DNA from: an uncultured archaeon
Lineage (GTDB): Archaea; Thermoproteota; Nitrososphaeria; Nitrososphaerales; Gagatemarchaeaceae
Reading direction: 5' to 3'
NCBI GenBank assembly: GCA_963799775.1
Contig: CAWCYD010000003.1
Coordinates: 1,184,001 to 1,248,000 of the forward strand
Length of the DNA stretch: 64,000 nt
This document shows, piece by piece, positions 1 through 11,374 of this stretch; position 1 is the stretch's first letter; the number at the start of each line of letters is the position of its first letter. A model generated the notes under the pieces. The model saw only the letters and a program-made list of their open reading frames with translations. It did no database searches and was not told where the DNA came from. Both the position numbers and the translations under genes were made by a program.

Positions 1-2813
1 CCAGATTCACGGGATCGAGATAACCGAGGACAGGGAGCTCTTCAAGGAGACGATGCAGGAGATAGGCGTCGCCTGCCCCAAGAGCAGCCCTGCGTACTCG
101 CTTGAGGATGCCCGCTCGACCGTGAAGGGGCTGGGCTTCCCCGTGATAATGCGCGTGGCCTACACCCTGGGCGGGAGGGGAGGAGGCGTTGCGAGGAACC
201 TGAAGGAGCTGGACGAGATAGTGCAGAGAGGTCTGAACCTGAGCATGGCGCACCAGGTTCTGATCGAGGAGTACATCGGCCACTGGAAGCAGATCGAGTA
301 TGAGGTGATGCGGGACGCCGAGGACAACGGGCAGATAGTCTGCAACATGGAGAACGTCCTCAGCATGAGGGTGCACACAGGGGACAACATCGTCGTGGCG
401 CCCTCGCAGACGATATCGAACCGCGAGTATCACATGCTGGTGTCCTTGTCGCTCAAGGCGGCGAGGAGGTGCGGAATCGTCGGCGAGTGCAACATGCAGT
501 TCGCGCTCGAGCCCAGCTCCGAGACATACCGCGCGATAGAGATCAACGCACGGCTCTCGATGTGCCTCGGCGCTCGCATCGAAGGCCACAGGGTACCCCA
601 TCGCGTACATCGCCGCGAAGATCTGCCTCGGCTACTCGCTCACGGAGCTGAAGAACAAGATGACAGGGATAACGACGGCGATGTTCGAGCCCTCGCTCGA
701 CTACGTCGTGGTGAAGATGCCGAGGTGGGACACGAAGAAGTTCGAGGGGGCGTCGCGCGGGATAGGGACGGCCATGAAGTCGATAGGCGAGGTCATGGCA
801 ATCGGGCGGGGGTTCGAGGAGGCGGTGCAGAAGGCCGCGAGGATGCTCAACATCAGATACGACGGCGTGATCCGGCGGTTCCTCGAGGAGGACGACCTCG
901 AGCTCTTGAAGGCCAGGCTGAGGAACCCGACCGACCAGATAATCTTCGACGTCGTCGAGGCGCTGATGGTCGGGATCCCTGAGGACGAGGTGGCGAGGCT
1001 GAGCGTCATCGACCCCTGGTTCGTCAGGAAGCTGAAGAACATCGTCGACTCGTATCGCAGGATAGAGAAGAGCGGACGCGAGGGGGTCGACCGGGACCCG
1101 GAGGTGCTCCTGGACGCCAAGCGCATGGGCTTCTCGGACAAGCAGGTCGCCAACGCCGTCGAGATAGACGAGGACGACGTCCGGGCGATGCGAGAGAGGA
1201 TGGAGATCAAGCCGCATGTCAAGGCCATCGACACGCTCGCGGCAGAGTGGCCCGCTCGCACGAACTACCTCTACGTGACCTACAACGCGTCCACCGACGA
1301 CGCGCCGCCGAGCGACAAGAGGAAGGTGATCGTCCTGGGGCAGGCCCCTACAGGATAGGGAGCTCCGTCGAGTTCGACTGGGGGACAATGAACATGGCGT
1401 GGGCCCTCAAGGAGAGCGGGCAGGTCGACGAGATCGTCGTCGTGAACTGCAACCCGGAGACGGTCTCCACCGACTTCGACCTGAGCGACAGGCTCTACTT
1501 CGAGGAGCTCACAGTCGAGCGCATGCTCTCGATCTACGAGAGGGAGAGGCCCTTGGGCGTGGTCCTATGCGTAGGAGGGCAGATACCCAACGACCTCGCT
1601 CTGGAGCTCGACCAGAAGGGGGTCAACGTATTGGGGACGAGCGCCGACTCCATCGAGAAGGCGGAGGACAGGGAGAGGTTCAGCTTCCTGCTGGACAGGA
1701 TAGGCATCCCGCAGCCCCAGTGGGGGAGCTTCAGGTCGATGAAGCAGGCGAGGGAGTTCTGCGACAAGGTGGGGTACCCCGTGATCGTCAGGCCGTCGCA
1801 CGTCCTGAGCGGCTCCGCGATGAGGGTGATCTGGGGCAGCAGGGAGCTCGAGAGCTTCCTCGCAAAGGCCGCGGAGGTCAACCCCAACTATCCGGTGACC
1901 GTCTCAAAGTTCTTCGAGAACGCGAAGGAGATAGAGGTCGACGGCGTCTCTGACGGAGAGACGACGGTCATCGGCGCGATCATGGAGCACGTGCAGAAGG
2001 CGGGAGTCCATTCCGGGGACGCGATTATGACGATCCCCACCGTCTCGATCAGCGAGGTCGCGAAGGGGAAGATCCGCGAGTACACGAGGGCGATAGCGAA
2101 GGAGCTCGAGGTGAAGGGGCCGTTCAACATCCAATATCTCTGCGTCAAAGACGAGGTCCAGGTGATAGAGTGCAACCTGAGGGCGTCCAGGTCTCTCCCG
2201 TTCGTCTCAAAGGCGACGGGGACGAACCTCATCAAGCTGGCCGCCACCGTCATCCTCGGGGGGAAGCTGGAGGGGATGCGGGACGTCCCAGAGCCCACCC
2301 AGTTCGCGGTCAAGGCCCCGCAGTTCTCGTTCATGCAGATGGAGGGCGCCGAGCCCACCGTCGGGGTGGAGATGAGGTCCACAGGAGAGGTCGCCTGCTT
2401 CGGCAAGACGCTCGCCGAGGCGATGAGCAGGGCCTTGATCGCTTCAGGACTGAGGATCCCCGCGAGAGGGGAGAGGGGGATAATCCTCGCCGACGAGAAC
2501 TCCGAGCTGGAAGAGGCGAAGGCCCTCGTCAAAGACTTCAAGGAAGCGGGGATCGAGTTCGTGACCACCGAGTCCCTGGCCAAGCCTCTGGGCGACGCCG
2601 CCAAGGTCGCGAGCCTCGACTCGATGCTCGAGATGATAGGAGCGGGCAAGGTGGCGATAGTGCTCTCCCTCAACACGAACCTCAACAAGGTGAGGAAAGA
2701 TCTACAAGGTGAGGAGAAAGGCGGTGGAGCTTCAGGTGCCGTTCCTAACGACCGTGGAGGAGGGCCGCGCAGTCCTTCTCTGCGTAAAGTCGCCCTTGAA
2801 GGCCCTGAGCTAG
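1..2813 (+). CDS. carB: Carbamoyl-phosphate synthase large subunit (5'-partial; apparent frameshifts near 560, 1340, 2705)
   Basis: Motifs spread over ORFs 53-982, 660-1358 and 1247-2917: YTLGGRGGG, HTGDNIVVAPSQT, IDTLAAEWPA, GSSVEFDW, NCNPETVSTD, GVHSGDA, NLRASRS; MGS-like tail YKVRRKAVELQVPFLTT ends at TAG 2811-2813. Confidence 0.95.
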
Positions 2814-2820
2814 GCCCCGC

Positions 2821-4105
2821 TCACTCGCGTCTTATGCGGGTGAGGAGACCGTCCATCGGGCACCTTCTCCTCGGCCCGGGTCTGCATGTTCCGGAGCGTC
2901 AGCTGGCCGGTCTCTAGCTCCCTCTTGCCGAGTATCACCACCCAGGCGAAGCTCCTGGAGCTGGCGTCCTCGAGCTGCTTGCCGAGGCTCTTCCCCCGAG
3001 TTCCCAGCTCGCTCCGGATGCCTGCCCCTCTGAGGGATGCGACTATGGCAGAGGCGTTCGTAGACAGCGGTGACTCCGTGTATGCCACGTAGACCGAGGG
3101 CGACGCTCCCTCAGGGCCTTCTTCCTTCCCCATCGAGAGGGCGATGCGCTCGACGCCTCCTGCGGCGCCGGTCGCGGAGAGGTCCGGCCGCCCGAACAGC
3201 TTGGGCAAGACGTCGTACCTCCCCCCGCCGCAGAGGGAGCCGAGGTCGGGATGCCTCCTGTCGACGACCTCGAAGACTATGCCTGTGTAGTAGTCGAGGC
3301 CTCTCACGATGCTCAGACTGTACTCGACGTTCTGGATCCCCCGAGAGCGGAGCGAGTCGCGGAGAGCTATCAGGCCGCCGTCTCCTGCCTTGCTCAGGCC
3401 CAGCTCCTCGAGCCTCTTGGAGACCTGGTCGGGCGGCCCTCTCGTCCTACCGAACTTCAGGAGTTCCGAGAGCGCCTCTCTGCTCACACCTTTCCGCGTG
3501 TACTCCTCTTGGAGCTCTGCCTCCGTCTTCTTCTGGACCTTGTCCAAGGCCCTCATCATCTCAATGAGCTTCTCCTCGGAGGAGATGCCCATGGAATGGC
3601 CGATGTATTCCTCGACCACGCGCCGGTCGCCGACCTCGAGAGAGAAGTCCTGGAGGCCGAGCTTCTTGAAGAGGTTGTAGCAGAGGTCCATCACCTCGGC
3701 GTCCCCCTCTATGCTGCTGTCTCCGAAGATCTCCACGTCCCATTGGTAGAACCACCTGTATCTGGCGTGCTGGGGTTCGTCGTAGCGCCACACCCCTCCG
3801 TAGGATGCGAGCTTGACGGGGGGCTTCAGCCCCTTGTTCGCCGAGACGTTGCGCGTCATCCCCACCGTGAGGTCGAAGCGGAGGCCGATCTCGCGGTCCG
3901 CCTTGTCCCTGAACGCGTAGATCTGGTCGTCCACCTGGTCGCCGCTCTTCGCCCTAAGTATCGATATGTTCTCGAGAGGGCCGGGCTCCATGAGCCTGAA
4001 GTTGTAGGCGCGCGCCACCTCCTCGAAGGCCCGCCGTATCTTGAGGTGGAGGTCGAACTCCTCGGGCTCGATGTCGCGGATTCCTCTTGGTTGGGAGAGG
4101 TCCAT
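2821..4105 (-). CDS. hisS: Histidyl-tRNA synthetase
   Basis: MDLSQPRGIRD start, LRFDLTV, WRYDEPQHARYRWFYQ, RGLDYYTG, GGGRYD; probable frameshift in last codons. Confidence 0.95.
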
Positions 4106-4107
4106 CC

Positions 4108-5086
4108 TCAGGCCTTCCTGCCGGCCTCTCCCTTGAGCGCCGCGAGCTCGGCGAGGAGGGCCGTCAGCTGGACCTCCGGGTTCGCGCCCATCGCGAGCCG
4201 ATAGTCGTACTCGGCCAGGATCTTGATCGCCTCGGCGGTCCTTCCGCTCTTCCCCTTCACTATCTCCTCGTTGGCGAAACGGAGGAAGTCGGACTCTGCG
4301 ATTCCGTAGACCCTCGTGAGCTCGACCAGCTTGAGCCGCGCTGCGGAGAAGTCTCCTCCCAGAGCGAGGTCGACTATCTCGGCGGCCCTCTCCTTGACCG
4401 TCGACCCGGTCGCCGCGTTCACCCTCTCTATCGTCACCTCTCCCCCTCCTGCGGACGCCGCCTGGAGCAGGTTGATCGCCTGCCTGAGGTCTCCGTCGAC
4501 GGCGATGCTCACGGCCTGCATGGACCTTCTCCGTGACCTTGATCTCCTCGGCCTTTGCTATCTTCTTGAGCCGGGCCGTCACCTCCTCTTCTCCTATCTT
4601 CTTGAACCGGAATATTGCGCACCGGCTCTGGATCGCCTCGATAAGGTTCGAAGAGTAGTTGCAGATCAGCACGAAGCGCGTGTACCGCGAGGTCTCCTCC
4701 ATTATCCGCCGGAGCGCCGTCTGCGCGTCCCTGGTCATCTCGTCTGCCTCGTCCAGGATGACGAGCCTGAAGGGGACTCCCTCGCTCAGGTTCGAGTAGC
4801 TCGCGAACGTCTTGATCCTCTCCCTCACAGTGTCTATTCCCCTCTCGTCGCTCGCGTTGAGTTGGAGAGAGTACTCGCCCACGAGGTCTCCGAGGAGCTC
4901 CCTCGCCAGGACCAGGGCGGTCGTGGTCTTGCCCGAGCCCGGTGGACCCGCGAAGAGCAGGTGTGGTAGCTCGTCCCTGTTCTGGAGGAGGGGCTTCAGA
5001 CGCGCCTTGACCTCTTCCTGGTTGACGACGTCGTCGAGCTTCCGCGGTCTAAACTTCTCTACCCACATGAGGGACTCTAGGGACAT
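4108..5086 (-). CDS. rfcS: Replication factor C small subunit (frameshift near 4525)
   Basis: WVEKFRP, GPPGSGKTT, NASDERGID, LDEADEM, IQSRC; continues in ORF 4108-4521 (GDLRQAINLLQ). Confidence 0.95.
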
Positions 5087-5236
5087 GAGGACGCTATGCA
5101 CCGATGATTTGTTGGTTACGGATAGCAGCCGTGGGTTTCGTCATCTCTGGCGAGTGACGCACGGGATGGTTTTGAGTATATATCCATGCGGACAGGTCTT
5201 TGGGTTCGGTCGACCTAATGGGGACGATGTGCGTTC

Positions 5237-5989
5237 TTGCTCGACATGTTTATTACGATTGATGACCAAAAATCCCGATTAGCAATGCGTTTCAGCCGGC
5301 CAGGTGCTGGACGAGGGTCTGGAGAGGTGAGGGTGGGGTTCCACTCCCTGTCCCCGGCACTTTCGGGCGTTCTCCTTCTCTTGCTCCTCTTAGGCGGAGC
5401 TCTGCAGGTCGAAGCAGCGACGACATCCTCCACGTCCTCCTCGACAACCAATCCGTTCCCGTTAAAGACAGACAAATCAAGCTATACAGGAAACGCGACC
5501 ATAATCGTCTCGGGAACACTCGCCGGGACGAACGTCACGGGGGCCAGCGACGTAGCGGTGTATGTCTACAATCCGAGGAACGTCCAGATGACAGTCCAGA
5601 ACGTTGGAGTCCAGAACAACGAGTCCTTCAGCGAACCGATCCAAGCAGGAGGGCCGTCTTGGAACGTGAGCGGCACGTATCAGGTCGCTGTCGAGACCGA
5701 CATACCCGACTTCACTGGCGTGCCGCCGACATCGTACACCACGTTCCAGTACACCTATGTCCCGCCCTCCACCACCACGACGAGCTCGACATCTCTTGTC
5801 AGTGTGAGCACGAGCAACCCAGGGTCAGGAATCACACTGTTGAGTATCCTTCCCGTGTTGGTGGTGCTAGTCTTGGCCATCGGCGTGGTCGGGTACGTCC
5901 TGAGTTCGAGAGGCCGTGGTAGGCCTGCTAGACCCGGCGGCGGATCGGCCCCCCAGCCTCCCATGACGCGCGCCACTAGGGAAAGATAG
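5237..5989 (+). CDS. Secreted Ser/Thr-rich protein with C-terminal membrane anchor (start uncertain)
   Basis: Hydrophobic signal-like stretch, TDKSSY...Ig-like beta domain, Thr/Ser linker, TM helix, basic tail. Confidence 0.7.
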   Translation: MLDMFITIDDQKSRLAMRFSRPGAGRGSGEVRVGFHSLSPALSGVLLLLLLLGGALQVEAATTSSTSSSTTNPFPLKTDKSSYTGNATIIVSGTLAGTNVTGASDVAVYVYNPRNVQMTVQNVGVQNNESFSEPIQAGGPSWNVSGTYQVAVETDIPDFTGVPPTSYTTFQYTYVPPSTTTTSSTSLVSVSTSNPGSGITLLSILPVLVVLVLAIGVVGYVLSSRGRGRPARPGGGSAPQPPMTRATRER

Positions 5990-6029
5990 TGACGCGAACT
6001 CGAACGATCGCTAGTCTCCGAACGAGCTG

Positions 6030-7025
6030 ATGGGATTCGAGAGCATGAGGATTCTCACTCTGGACGCCGGTCAGGTCGCCGCCTCCCTCCCCATGAGGGA
6101 GTGCGTTGAGGAGATGTCGCGAGCCTTCGCGATGGAAGCCGAGAAGAGGTTCCAGTCGCCGGCTAGGACAAGGTTGGCTGCCCCGGCTGGCGACATACTC
6201 GTGATGCCGGCCCTCGCGGAGAGGAAGTCGACCGAAGGGTCGGTCAAGGTCGTGAGCATCTTTCCCAATAACAAGGGAGGGACGCCGCCGATCACGTCTA
6301 TCGTGATACTCCTCGATGGGGAGACCGGCGAACCTCGGGCGCTGATGGACGGGAGGAGGCTGACCGCCATCAGGACGGGCGCCGTCTCGGGCCTGTCGTG
6401 CAGATACCTCGCGAGGAGAGACTCGGTCTCGCTCGGGATAATCGGCGCGGGCGCTCAGTCTTTCGAGCAGGTCAACGGAGTCGCGAGCGAGCTGCGACGA
6501 ATAGAGAGGGTGAAGATATACTCGAGAGAGCTGGCCCGAAGCAAGGCACTCGCTAGGCAGTGCAAGAGGGCGCTCGGCCTCGACTCGGTGGCCGTTGACG
6601 ATCCTCGAGATTGTGTGAGGGGAAGCGACGTGGTGGTCACCGCAACCACCTCGAAGACGCCAGTCTTCGACGGGAGGACAGCGGGCCAGGGAGTCCACGT
6701 GATAGCGATCGGCTCTTATCGGCCGGACGCGAGGGAGCTTGACTCTTCGTTGGTCTGCAGGGCCTCCATCTTCGTCGACTCTCGCGAGGCGGCCCTTGCG
6801 GAGGCGGGAGACCTCTTGATCCCCATCTCAGAGGGGAAGCTCTCGAGAGACTCTGTCAAAGGCGACCTCTCCGAGTTGGTCACGGGAAAGGCGAAGGGCA
6901 GGGGCTCGTCTACAGAGGTGACGCTCTTCAAGAGCGTGGGCCTGGCCCTCGAGGACAACGCGGCAGGATGGCTCGCCTATCGTCGCGCGATCAGGAAGCG
7001 GGTCGGAAAGTGGAAAGACCTCTAG
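6030..7025 (+). CDS. Ornithine cyclodeaminase / mu-crystallin family (archaeal alanine dehydrogenase-like)
   Basis: LTAIRTGA, IIGAGAQ, VVTATTS, FKSVGLALED. Confidence 0.9.
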   Translation: MGFESMRILTLDAGQVAASLPMRECVEEMSRAFAMEAEKRFQSPARTRLAAPAGDILVMPALAERKSTEGSVKVVSIFPNNKGGTPPITSIVILLDGETGEPRALMDGRRLTAIRTGAVSGLSCRYLARRDSVSLGIIGAGAQSFEQVNGVASELRRIERVKIYSRELARSKALARQCKRALGLDSVAVDDPRDCVRGSDVVVTATTSKTPVFDGRTAGQGVHVIAIGSYRPDARELDSSLVCRASIFVDSREAALAEAGDLLIPISEGKLSRDSVKGDLSELVTGKAKGRGSSTEVTLFKSVGLALEDNAAGWLAYRRAIRKRVGKWKDL

Positions 7026-7096
7026 AAGACGCGTATAGACTTAATTATCCGGGCCTGACCGTTTGCCAGTCCCCTAGCAAAATCAGGAGTCGTTGA

Positions 7097-7663
7097 GTGT
7101 TTCTCTTGGATGACCCCGGGACGGATGTGGCGAGGATGTTCGAGCAACGTGAGAGGGAGTTCTTGATCGCACCGGTCGGGGTCATGATGAAGAGCTCGAT
7201 AGAGCAGATGGAGGTGGGCGACCTCGTGCTCGCGAAGGCCAAAGAGGGGGAGAGAGTAGAGCTCCCCAGGTGGGTCGCCGAAGAGCTCGTCGAATCAGGG
7301 ATTGCCGAGCTTCAAGAGGAGCCTTTCGACGTCGAGATATTCAAGGCGCTCACCAGAGAGAAGATGCTGGCTTCCCCGCAGCTCTCGCCGCTCGCGCCCA
7401 GCTTCTACGTCAGGATGCGTCGGAGGCTCGCGGTCATCAAGGCGGGCGTCGAGAAAGGCAAGTACAGGCGCGAGGACTATGAGAAGCTCAGGATGGCGAG
7501 CTACGACCTCATCGGAAGGAGGCTCAGCAAGCTCCTGTCCATCAGCTCGTCGACGAGCGTCAAGACGATAACGGACAGGATAACGCCGGAGGAGAAGGCC
7601 TTCTTCACGGTCTCCAGCTCGATCTCGGCGGCGTGGAAGACGGCGCTTCTGGGAGACCAGTAG
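7097..7663 (+). CDS. GINS family DNA replication protein (Gins23-like)
   Basis: ELPRWVAEEL, FY..MRR, RRLSKL, ITPEEK; lies immediately upstream of mcm as is typical in archaea. Confidence 0.8.
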   Translation: MFLLDDPGTDVARMFEQREREFLIAPVGVMMKSSIEQMEVGDLVLAKAKEGERVELPRWVAEELVESGIAELQEEPFDVEIFKALTREKMLASPQLSPLAPSFYVRMRRRLAVIKAGVEKGKYRREDYEKLRMASYDLIGRRLSKLLSISSSTSVKTITDRITPEEKAFFTVSSSISAAWKTALLGDQ

Positions 7664-7686
7664 GAAAGAGGATCAGGGACCGCACC

Positions 7687-10600
7687 ATGGCTGTCTTGTC
7701 AAGAGGGCTGTCAGAGCGTTTCGAAGAGTTCCTCCGCGGGTTCGAGGACAAGGATGGGGAAAGGAAGTATCAGGTCATCCTTGCCCAGCTCGCGGCCTCC
7801 GGCAGGAAGTCCGTCCTGATCAAGTACGATGACCTGATCCACTCCGACACGGACCTTGCCGAGAGCCTCCTCAACGACCCGGACAGGGCGCTCAAGGAGT
7901 TCAAGTCGGCGACCTTCGACGGTTCATGAGCACCGAGAATCCGGCCTACGCAGGCGAGATCCGCGAGAGCCTCACGGTGAGGATACGCGGGATCACCGAC
8001 AGGATTCCTCTGCGAAAGGTGGACACCTCCCACCTGGACAAGATGATCGCGTTCTCCGGGATGGTGACGCGGACGTCAGAGCTCAGGCCGCTCCTCGTCG
8101 ATGCCGCTTTCGTCTGCCCGGACGGGCACACGACGAGGGTCCCTCCAATCTGGCCCGAGCATAAAGAAACCTGCGAAGTGCGAAGGCTGTGACGAGACTA
8201 GGAACCTGGAGCTGGATCAGAAGGAGAGCAGCTTCATCGACAGCCAGATACTGAGGGTGCAGGAGCTCCCCGAAGAACTCCCGCCAGGGCAGCTCCCGCG
8301 CTTCTTCGACATCGACGTCGAGGGGGACATCGTGAACCAGGCCAGACCCGGGGACCGCGCGATCATGACCGGGATAGTGCGCGCAGAGCCAGACTTCTCG
8401 TTGGGCCAGCCCAAGAGCAGGTCGTTCAGGTCGAAGATCGACGCAAACGACATCGAGGTGGTCGGGAAGGAGCCCAGTCAGGTGCAGATAACCAAGGAAG
8501 ACGAGGCGATAATCAAGAGCATCGCAGCAGGGGAAGACGCATACAGGAAGCTGACCCGTTCGATGGCGCCCGGGATACTGGGGCATGAGGAGGTCAAGGA
8601 GGCCATCCTCCTTCTCTTGGTGGGAGGTCCGCAGACGGTCCTCCCCGACGGGACGAAGCTCAGGGGGGACATCAACATCTTCCTCGTCGGAGACCCGGGA
8701 GTCGCGAAGTCTGAGATGCTAAAGTTCGCGGCAAGCGTCGCGCCGAGAGGGATGTTCGCATCGGGGAGGGGCTCGACGGCGGCGGGCCTCTCAGCCGCTG
8801 TCATCAGAGAGAAGAACACGCTCATGCTCGAGGCGGGTGTCGTCGTGCTGGCAGACCAGGGGATCGCATGCATCGACGAGTTCGACAAGATGAAGGCGGA
8901 GGACAGGAGCGCCCTCCACGAGCAGATGGAGCAGCAATCCTACCACCCGTCTACGGAGATTCTGCTGTCCAGCGGCAAGGCGAAGATAGGCGACTATGTG
9001 GAAGAGGCGATCCGCTCGCACCCCGAGAGGACCGAGCAGGGTAAGGACTGCGAAGTCGTCAGTGTCAGCCCTTCGGAGAGGATCTTCTCGACCGACCTTG
9101 GCACCGGGAAGATAGAGAAGACTGCCATCGCAAACCTAAGCAGGCATCGGGCGCCGGACCGTTTCATCAGGGTCACGTTCTCCAATGGGAGGTCGGTTGT
9201 GGTGACGCCAGAGCATCCCATCTTCGTCTACCATGAAGGCGTGTCGACCGTCGCAGCCGAGAGGCTGCGGGTGGGAGCGTTCGTGCCTGGCCCGACCCAC
9301 ATACCGAACTCCTCGGCGCCAGTCGCCCTGGCTTCCGTCACCCGCTCCAAGTTGTCAAAGGAGATCGTCCAACCTAGCACCCTGACGCTTGGGATTGCGA
9401 GGATACTCGGGTATCTAATCACCGAGGGCAACTTCTATGTTGGTTCGTCCGTCGAAGTCGATTTCACAAACCTGGACGAGAGGCTGCTTAACGAGATGAC
9501 GACCCTGATGCGGGAGGAGTTCGGCCTCGAGCCAACGATCAGAATGTCTGAACAAAGACGGGCGGGTCTAAGGTACAGCTCGACCACGTTCCACGCTTGG
9601 ATGAGCGAGAACTTCCCCGAGATGGTGTCCAAGGCCAGGAGCAAGAGGGCGCCTGAGAAGATCATTGGCGGTTCGGTCGCTCACATCAACGAGTTCCTGA
9701 CTTCTGCGTTCCTCGGCGACGGCGGTGTCGAGACCGAGGCAGTCTGCTACCGCACAGCATCCCGTGGTCTGGCGGAGGACTACCAAGACCTTCTGCTCAA
9801 ACTGGCGATCGCATCCAGGATAGACGTCGACACGTCCAACGACTCCTTCAAGGTGTACATATGCGGGGACTCGCTGGGTGAGTTCCTTGAAAGAGTGGTG
9901 GACCGGATGGACCACAGACGAGCGAAGATCCAGAGGCTCGTCGAACGCAGCGAGGGGAAGAACAGAATCCACGACGTGCTTCCGACGGGCGTGGCGAAGA
10001 CCCTCGTCCAGCTCCTTGACGACGCAGGAATGAGCTACGACGGGTACTTCTGGAGACACCTCAGGTCAGGGAGCGGAATAACCAAACCCACGGTGGAGCG
10101 ACTCCTGGGTCGGATAGAGGAGAAACGTCGGAGCGTCCTGTCGCTCTTGCCCGGGAAGGGTACTGTGAAAGAGTTGCGTGCTGCCGCGGGCTGGTCACAG
10201 GAACGGCTTGCAAGAGAATGCGGAGTGAAGAGGGGAGCAATAGACTATGCAGAGCGCGGAGGGTATGGAAAGGAGGAACTTGGCGAGCTTGTCGAGACGG
10301 TCAGGAGCGCCATCCGCGAGAGTTTCGCATCAATAGGCGGGACTACGGAATTCATCAGAGGCCTGATTGGCCTGCGCTTCCTGAGGGTGGTCAAGGTGGA
10401 CACCGTGCTCAACGAGGGAGCGGCAAAGACAGAATGGGTTTACGACGTCACGGTAGAGCCCCGGCACAACTTCGTGTCGGCGGGAGTTGTCCTTCACAAC
10501 ACGGTGACGATAGCAAAGGCAGGGATCTACGCCACGCTGAACGCAAGGACGGCCATCCTGGCCGCGACCAACCCCGTGTTGGGCAAGTACAACCCGTACC

Positions 10601-11302
10601 AGAACCTGATAGACAACATCACGCTCCCGATCCCTCTGCTGACGAGGTTCGACCTGATCTTCGTGCTCAGGGACACGCCGACGGCTGCGCAGGACGAGAA
10701 GCTCGCCACGCACATACTGGACGTCCACAGGAAGAGGAGCCTACGTCGAGGCCCCTCCCATCCACTTTGAGCTCCTGAAGAAGTACATCGCCTATGCGAA
10801 GAACTTCTCGCCAGTCCTCACCATCGAGGCGGAGAACAGGATAAAGGAGTACTACCTCCAGCTGAGGAGGAGCGTCACCGAGGGACAGATAGGCGCGACG
10901 CCCAGGACGCTAGAGTCCCTGATACGCCTGGCGAGCGCGAAGGCTAGGCTCATGCTCAGGGAGCAAGTACTCGAGGAAGACGTCCACACAGCGATTTCCC
11001 TGATGAACAAGATGGTCGAGGATGTACTGACCGACACCGCGACGAATACGAAGGGAGACTTTGGGATACTGCTCGGCAAGCCCGCAGGCGAGAGGACCAA
11101 GTCGGAGTCGGTGATGAACGTCCTCAGGCAGCTCGAGGGCCCCGACAAGAAGCCCGTCGAACTGGGGGTGCTGAAGCAGGAGCTCATGAGGTCCAACAAG
11201 TTCGCAAACGAGGACGAGCTGAACAAGTTGCTCCAAAAGATGACAAAGGAAGGCATAACCTACGAGCCGAAGCCTGGATACATCAGACGCGTCCAGGGCT
11301 AG
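7687..11302 (+). CDS. mcm: MCM replicative helicase with intein (frameshifts near 7920, 8140, 10750)
   Basis: QELPEELPPGQLPR, GDPGVAKS, GLSAAV, IDEFDKM, EQQ|TVTIAKAGI, LTRFDLIF. Confidence 0.95.
8938..10500 (+). mobile_element. Intein (521 aa) in MCM with LAGLIDADG homing endonuclease and internal XRE-type HTH
   Basis: Begins SYHPSTEI after EQQ; block B VTPEHP; LGYLITEG and FLGDGG motifs; ends VYDVTVEPRHNFVSAGVVLHN followed by Thr. Confidence 0.92.
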
Positions 11303-11374
11303 CGGCAAAGGGAACGGGCCGAGAGGTGACCGGGGCACGGCGCGTGGATTAGGGGAGAGCGGGGCCGGCTCGCC

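Noticed and set aside
2810-5101. Apparent 763-aa RFC-HisRS fusion ORF
   Set aside because: Artefact of the rfcS frameshift; rfcS ends at 4108 in another frame and hisS has its own ATG at 4105.
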